DNA of 64,000 nt from the IMG/VR virus record IMGVR_UViG_2713897221_000004, positions 36,004-100,003 of that record. One strand, 5' to 3'. The position numbers were made by a program, and so were the translations under genes. A model generated the notes under the pieces. That model searched no databases. It worked only from the letters and a program-made list of their open reading frames with translations, and was not told the origin of the DNA. Origin of the DNA: a virus (lineage: Duplodnaviria; Caudoviricetes). Below are positions 58,993-64,000 of this stretch, in pieces (the stretch's first letter is position 1; the number at the start of each line of letters is the position of its first letter).

Positions 58993-61209
58993 TTAATCAA
59001 AGCAAGGCTCCTCGAACGCTTCCCGCTGCAACGCTGACGCACTGCCCCACCCGGCCGGCTTCTTGTAAGCCCAGGGGCGCTGACCGCTTTTCACCAACGC
59101 AGGCAGACGCACACGCCGCCAGCCCAGCCGGTGCATAATTGCCCCGACCCGTATCTGCTCCGGCTTGCCCCAGTGGCCGTAGTCCAGTTTCAGCGCACAG
59201 GACAAGATCTCGCTGCCGGTGGTGGTTTCGCCGATCTGCGACTCCTCAAGCCAGGTCAAAATCGGCCCTTCCCATTCATCCACCACAAAGCGCTCGTCCT
59301 GCTCGTCACCGAACATCGCCGCCTCGTCCAGCGTCACCCACCAGAGGTCGCCCGCCTCGTAGCAGAACATCGCCTCGGCCCACAGCTGATCGCGAATCTG
59401 CCGCAGCAGCTCAAGTTCGACCTTGGTGCACGCCACCGGCCAATAGCGGCGGTTACCCGTGGCGTCCTTCAGGTATTCGTCCTGGTTGGTCGTACCGACG
59501 AACACACACTGGCGTGGCACGTCCATAGTCCTGCGGCCGTAGCTCTCGCGGTAGGTATCGGTCGATGCCGAGAAGAACTGCTTGGCCTTGGTCGACTCCG
59601 CCTTGTTGAAGCTGTCCAGCTCGCCCAGCTCAACAATCCACTTACCGCGAATCGCCTGAAACCCGTCCTTGTCGCCCAGGGCGAAAGGTGTGTCCATGAA
59701 CCACTCGCCACCGAGGATGCTCATCGCCGTCGATTTACCAGCGCCCTGCGCGCCCTCCAAGATCATCACCGAGTCAGCTTTGCAGCCGGGCTTCATCACC
59801 CGGGCAACGGCCGAGAGCATCCAGCGCTTGCCAACCTTGGACGTGTAGTCACTGAGCTTCACGCCCATGACGTCGGTCAGCCAGCTGTCCAGACGCGGCA
59901 CCCGGTCCCACTCAAGTTTTTTCAGGTATTGGCGCACCGGGTGAAAAGCGTGGTCATGGGCAACCACACTGACCGCCTCGATCACATGGGACGCCTTGAC
60001 CCGCAAGTTGTACTGCTGGGCAAGCCACTTCATGACACGCATATCATCGATGTCGGCCCAATCGCCCGTGCCGCCGCCATAAGGGGCTGCACGCAGCTTG
60101 ACGATCTTTGAGCTGAAGGCGCTGTAACTGATCACTCCGGCCCAGCGCTCGTCATTGGCCAGGATCAGCTCGACGTTCTGCATGTGCGCGATCAAGGCAC
60201 CGCTTTCGCTACGGGCCAACAGATCCTTCCAGCCACCCGCTGCAGGCGGCTTGACCACCGCCAACACCTGGCGGCGCACTGCCTCCAAACCTTCGGCGAC
60301 ATGCAGGTCGTTAAAGTCGGTCCACTTCTCCTCGCGCGCCCCCGAGAAGATCGGCGCGACCACCTGGCCACCGACGATCAAGGCAGCGTTGTTGGCTTTC
60401 TCTTCGCCTGGGTTCCAGGGGTCACCATTCGGCTTTTTGGTCTTCCAGTCATCGTCTCGGCAAATGATCAGTGGGCAACCCGCAAAGCGTTCACGCATAG
60501 CCTTGCAGACCACCAACAGGTTGCCCGCATCGAATGCGACCGCGACCGTCAGGGAAGTCGCCATATGCAGACTGGCGCCCGTTGCATAGCCCTCACAGAC
60601 CAGCACCGGCTCGCCAGGATCCGGATGCGGGCCGATCAGGTGAAAGGCCCCCTCCTTCGACATCCCATAGGGCCAGTAGGACTTATCCCGCCCGGTATCT
60701 TCCTGAGCACAGGGGTAAACCACCTGCAGGCCGACAATGTCGTCACGCACGTTGCTCATCGGCACCAGAAACGCCCCAGAGCGCGGGGCATAACGGACGC
60801 CGAAGCCTACGATCTGCTTTCGATCCAGGTAATCACTGCGCCCCTTTTCCGGCATGCGCTTGAACATGCCCGCCGCACGTTTTGCCGCTCGGCGGGCCGC
60901 GTTGGCCGAAATCTCGGCGGCACGGCGCTTGGCCTCTTCCTGCCGAGCGCGCATAACCTCGCGCTCCTCGGGTGACATCCGCCCGGCTTTGACTTTGATC
61001 TTCTGCGTTTCACCGGAACGCCAGTCACCGAAGCTGCCGAAAATCAGCGTCTCGCCTTTCTCAGTCCGATGCTCGTGAACGACGTACCAGCCGTTTTTTT
61101 CCTTGCCCTTGTCCTGCGAGGTTTTACAGCGTGTCAGCTTGCCGAAAACCAGTGGCTGCGCGGGCTCAAGGCCATAGTCCGCGAATTGCCCCAATACCTC
61201 ATCGAGCAT
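58993..61209 (-). CDS. Toprim primase + VirE/VapE helicase
   Basis: CEGYATG, DFNDL, GAQGAGKST, DATGNRR. Confidence 0.9.
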   Translation of the reverse strand: MLDEVLGQFADYGLEPAQPLVFGKLTRCKTSQDKGKEKNGWYVVHEHRTEKGETLIFGSFGDWRSGETQKIKVKAGRMSPEEREVMRARQEEAKRRAAEISANAARRAAKRAAGMFKRMPEKGRSDYLDRKQIVGFGVRYAPRSGAFLVPMSNVRDDIVGLQVVYPCAQEDTGRDKSYWPYGMSKEGAFHLIGPHPDPGEPVLVCEGYATGASLHMATSLTVAVAFDAGNLLVVCKAMRERFAGCPLIICRDDDWKTKKPNGDPWNPGEEKANNAALIVGGQVVAPIFSGAREEKWTDFNDLHVAEGLEAVRRQVLAVVKPPAAGGWKDLLARSESGALIAHMQNVELILANDERWAGVISYSAFSSKIVKLRAAPYGGGTGDWADIDDMRVMKWLAQQYNLRVKASHVIEAVSVVAHDHAFHPVRQYLKKLEWDRVPRLDSWLTDVMGVKLSDYTSKVGKRWMLSAVARVMKPGCKADSVMILEGAQGAGKSTAMSILGGEWFMDTPFALGDKDGFQAIRGKWIVELGELDSFNKAESTKAKQFFSASTDTYRESYGRRTMDVPRQCVFVGTTNQDEYLKDATGNRRYWPVACTKVELELLRQIRDQLWAEAMFCYEAGDLWWVTLDEAAMFGDEQDERFVVDEWEGPILTWLEESQIGETTTGSEILSCALKLDYGHWGKPEQIRVGAIMHRLGWRRVRLPALVKSGQRPWAYKKPAGWGSASALQREAFEEPCFD

Positions 61210-61426
61210 GGCGGGCCTCCCGCGCTTCGTCGATGGACTGGCAACGCACACACTGGGTGCAACCGGGCAAAGCTAAGCGGCGCGCTTCCGGGATCGGCTC
61301 TTCGCACCCCTCACAGAATAAAAACGAATGCGCCGCCAAAGCAGGCTTGGCGGCGTTACGTGCTGCAAGCGCCTGATCGATACGCTCCTGCACCAGGTCA
61401 TTGGCAAAATCGGCGATATCAGCCAT
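61199..61426 (-). CDS. TraR/DksA C4 zinc-finger protein
   Basis: CEGCEEPIPEARR...CVRCQ. Confidence 0.88.
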   Translation of the reverse strand: MADIADFANDLVQERIDQALAARNAAKPALAAHSFLFCEGCEEPIPEARRLALPGCTQCVRCQSIDEAREARHAR

Positions 61427-61937
61427 GAGCAGCACCCCGCGTTGTCTGGTTGACATACGTGGCGCGGTTGAACAACCCCAACAACCCTTGAATACCGCGG
61501 AACACCTGCAGCCGAATGGCGGCCAGCTCTTGGTCGCTCACAACCCCGTCACCAATGCTCTTAGCCCAAGTCTCGGCCAGGTCAGCGACTTGCCGGAAAT
61601 ACTCCGCGATACCAGTGGTCAGGGTTTCGGGCATGTCGTTGGTGTAGGTCTCGGCCAGTTCCTGCCAGATGGTGTCGCCGACCAGGGCATGTACGGCATC
61701 CAGAATCCGGCGATCCTTGGTCAGCTCGAGGATCTCGCCGAATTCCTGAATGTTCACGGTGTGGCCGGGGTGGGTGGGAGACAGCTTGTGCTGCAGCGTG
61801 GTGGGGTTTCGGCCGGTGGTGGCGGCGATGGCAGCGGCGCCGCCGGGATAGTCCCGTGCAGCATGGTAAAGCGCTAGATCGAGCGGCAGGACTTCCCGCT
61901 GCGCCCGGTCGACACAACTAAGAGCAATTCGGCTCAT
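61419..61937 (-). CDS. Phage regulatory CII-family protein
   Basis: YPGGAAAIA...LQHKLSP. Confidence 0.75.
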   Translation of the reverse strand: MSRIALSCVDRAQREVLPLDLALYHAARDYPGGAAAIAATTGRNPTTLQHKLSPTHPGHTVNIQEFGEILELTKDRRILDAVHALVGDTIWQELAETYTNDMPETLTTGIAEYFRQVADLAETWAKSIGDGVVSDQELAAIRLQVFRGIQGLLGLFNRATYVNQTTRGAAHG

Positions 61938-62269
61938 GGCATTAATCCTATTAAGTTGCCAGTGCCGCGCGACATGCAGTGGTGATACATTTGCCGCGTG
62001 GCTTGAAAGGGCCCAAAAGCCGGCTAGGTCCGCAAGACCGAAACCGGCACCGTGCCGGGGCAAGCGATCCGTCGCTCACCCCTGGCGCAACAGCTGCCCT
62101 ATCTGTGGTGGAGAAAGGCAGCAACCCAGGGCTTCCAAGCCTTGGAAAGCGCGGTAAGAATCGGCGGTTCGCATGTGGTGTGCCCGCCTACCTTTTACCG
62201 CGACCCGACAGCGCTGTGGTGGTGCGTGCCGGGAGGAACTGGGCGGCCCTTGGGTCGCCTTTTTTCTTG

Positions 62270-62530
62270 CTATGCAGCAGCTTTTTGAGGAGCCGAAGCG
62301 CTCAACAGCCAAGCGGCGTGGAAAGAGTTACCTTTCTGTTTCGCCGCGGTAGCTAACAGCTCAGCGTAATTGGTTTCGCCTGTGTAATCCGTTCGCGGCA
62401 AGCATGCAGCCTGACGCCATTTGTTCAATGCCTGATAGCTTCTATTGCATACCTTCGCAGCGGCCCCGATGCCGCCTACGGCTTCAAAAGCGAACGCAAT
62501 AGCGCTCGGAAAATCTGCGGGGTCCAACAT
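62270..62530 (-). CDS. Cro-like regulator
   Basis: HTH SYQALNKW; divergent from cI; GGAGG RBS. Confidence 0.75.
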   Translation of the reverse strand: MLDPADFPSAIAFAFEAVGGIGAAAKVCNRSYQALNKWRQAACLPRTDYTGETNYAELLATAAKQKGNSFHAAWLLSASAPQKAAA

Positions 62531-62544
62531 GACAACCTCCATTT

Positions 62545-62617
62545 ATCAACTTACGGTTGATGTTATAGATCAACTGACTATTGCGCAACCTTTGTGACAC
62601 TCTCAACCCATGGTTGA
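62545..62617. promoter_or_regulatory. Operators TCAAC-N5-GTTGA
   Basis: Copies at 62546 and 62603 (overlapping the cI ATG), with a degenerate copy between. Confidence 0.65.
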
Positions 62618-63341
62618 TAAAAATACATTCCGCGCAGCTTTCAGCGAGCGCCTACACGAAGCCCTCAACGATGCCGGCGTACGCAGCCGGGGCCGCGGGG
62701 TGGATATCCATCGTCAGTTGAAGAGCTTGGGAGTGGACAAGACCACACAGGCCATCAGCAAATGGCTGAACGGCGAAGCGATGGCCGAAGCAGACAGCAT
62801 GGCTGCGCTTTGCTCATGGCTTAAAGTTCGCCGGGAATGGCTGGAATACGGAGTTCTGCCGAAAGAACAGACCGGCGAAAATAATGTTCGCCAGCTGATT
62901 GTTAGCGATGGGAGCAACGTCAGGGAAATCAACCAGCGCTTTGGCAAGGTCCCGCTAATCTCTTGGGTGCAAGCTGGCGCATGGTGTGAGACGGTCTCAA
63001 ACTTTGAGGCTCACGATGCTGACTCCTGGTTATCCTGCCCTGTCCCGATCAGTAATCATGGGTATGCGTTGAAGGTGCTTGGAGACTCAATGACGAATCC
63101 AGGGCCGGGCCGTAGCTATCCCGCAGGATGCATTATTTTTGTGGATCCTGAGGCGGAATCCAAGACTGGGGATCGAGTAATTGCAAGAGTACCCCGCACC
63201 AATGAAGCAACTTTCAAAGTTTTAGTAGCGGATGCCGGACGGCAATTTCTGAGACCGATCAACCCTCAATATCCAATCATCGATATTACCGAAGAAACGC
63301 ATATATGCGGAAAGGTTGTAGGTTCTTTTACCCCTGAGTGA
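62610..63341 (+). CDS. cI: CI/LexA-like repressor
   Basis: HTH, VQAG, GDSM, TFK. Confidence 0.92.
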   Translation: MVDKNTFRAAFSERLHEALNDAGVRSRGRGVDIHRQLKSLGVDKTTQAISKWLNGEAMAEADSMAALCSWLKVRREWLEYGVLPKEQTGENNVRQLIVSDGSNVREINQRFGKVPLISWVQAGAWCETVSNFEAHDADSWLSCPVPISNHGYALKVLGDSMTNPGPGRSYPAGCIIFVDPEAESKTGDRVIARVPRTNEATFKVLVADAGRQFLRPINPQYPIIDITEETHICGKVVGSFTPE

Positions 63342-63355
63342 AGCAAAAAACAAAC

Positions 63356-64000
63356 CTATGCTCTGAGAATATCTTTATAGCACTCTATAACCTTCAGAAC
63401 CCCCTCATAGTTATTATGACGCCTCCAATTCCAGAATCTAATATCACCAGCACTCATCGAATATACATATCTCAGAAACTGGGAAGGTAACTGCGGATTG
63501 TTGCATAGAAAAGTTTTCCCCTTACTATCCATATACCACACATAACCTTGATCACTGTCTGCATTCACGTACCAACTTCCCCCCCCCTCTTGAAAGTCCA
63601 CTTCTTCAAATAAGCGGCGCTCAAACTCCTCAGACTCATAGACACAGTGAATATGAGCATGAACTATACACCCGCCCGAGTGATTAGATTGAACTCCTGC
63701 ACCGCTTTCGAAGAAAACTAAAGTCCTACCATACTTCAATGTCATATATGTCGAAAGAGCGCTAAGAATTTCGCGGACTTGGGCCAGCTTTGATTCAGGG
63801 ACTACAGAAAAATTATTTATGTGTAATTTCGGAACGATCATCACGTGCGAATCGTTAAGCGGCCCTAAGCTTGGTAGAACAACGAAGTCTCTACTTTCGT
63901 AGATTATATTTTTGCGACTATCAATAAGTGCTTGATATCTAGGATCACACCCATCGAGCATCCCCAACTGCAGTTCTTTGCATACATTACACTTATTCAT
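63356..64000 (-). CDS. HIT/CwfJ-like nucleotide hydrolase (low-GC moron; may extend beyond window)
   Basis: CxxC, HVMIVPKLH, GGCIVHAHIH, SQFLR. Confidence 0.7.
   Translation of the reverse strand: MNKCNVCKELQLGMLDGCDPRYQALIDSRKNIIYESRDFVVLPSLGPLNDSHVMIVPKLHINNFSVVPESKLAQVREILSALSTYMTLKYGRTLVFFESGAGVQSNHSGGCIVHAHIHCVYESEEFERRLFEEVDFQEGGGSWYVNADSDQGYVWYMDSKGKTFLCNNPQLPSQFLRYVYSMSAGDIRFWNWRRHNNYEGVLKVIECYKDILRA

Larger units (their letters stand above)
34639..64000 (-). mobile_element. Prophage 2 (lambda-like head, P2-like contractile tail; continues right of window)
   Basis: Complete head, tail and lysis module, primase, cro/cI. Confidence 0.93.

Overview
Pseudomonas-like chromosome with two prophages and an integration hotspot between them. 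(1) 1-~25600 is the early half of a lambdoid prophage integrated at a tRNA-Leu(TAA): ninG, replication initiator with iterons, Rha, cro/cI with operators, a moron block, then the pL operon with ERF and YqaJ recombination genes, a C5 methylase and xis-int. The pL operon carries a complete diversity-generating retroelement (avd, template repeat, RT). One 102-nt TR matches three variable repeats, each at the 3' end of a small paralogous DUF1566/CLec-like gene. One target lies about 8 kb upstream, and none looks like a virion or secreted protein. All internal VR/TR mismatches fall at TR adenines. (2) ~25700-34640 holds a tRNA-Cys 3' att remnant, repeated att-arm-like scars, a Shedu-like nuclease, a LecA-like lectin candidate and a PAAR-effector-immunity module. 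(3) ~34640-64000 is a second prophage with a lambda-like head and cos site, a P2-like contractile tail, primase/VirE replication and cro/cI. Its tail chaperone appears to use a +1 CTT-TGA-C frameshift. Product calls come from motif recognition by eye; no database searches were run.
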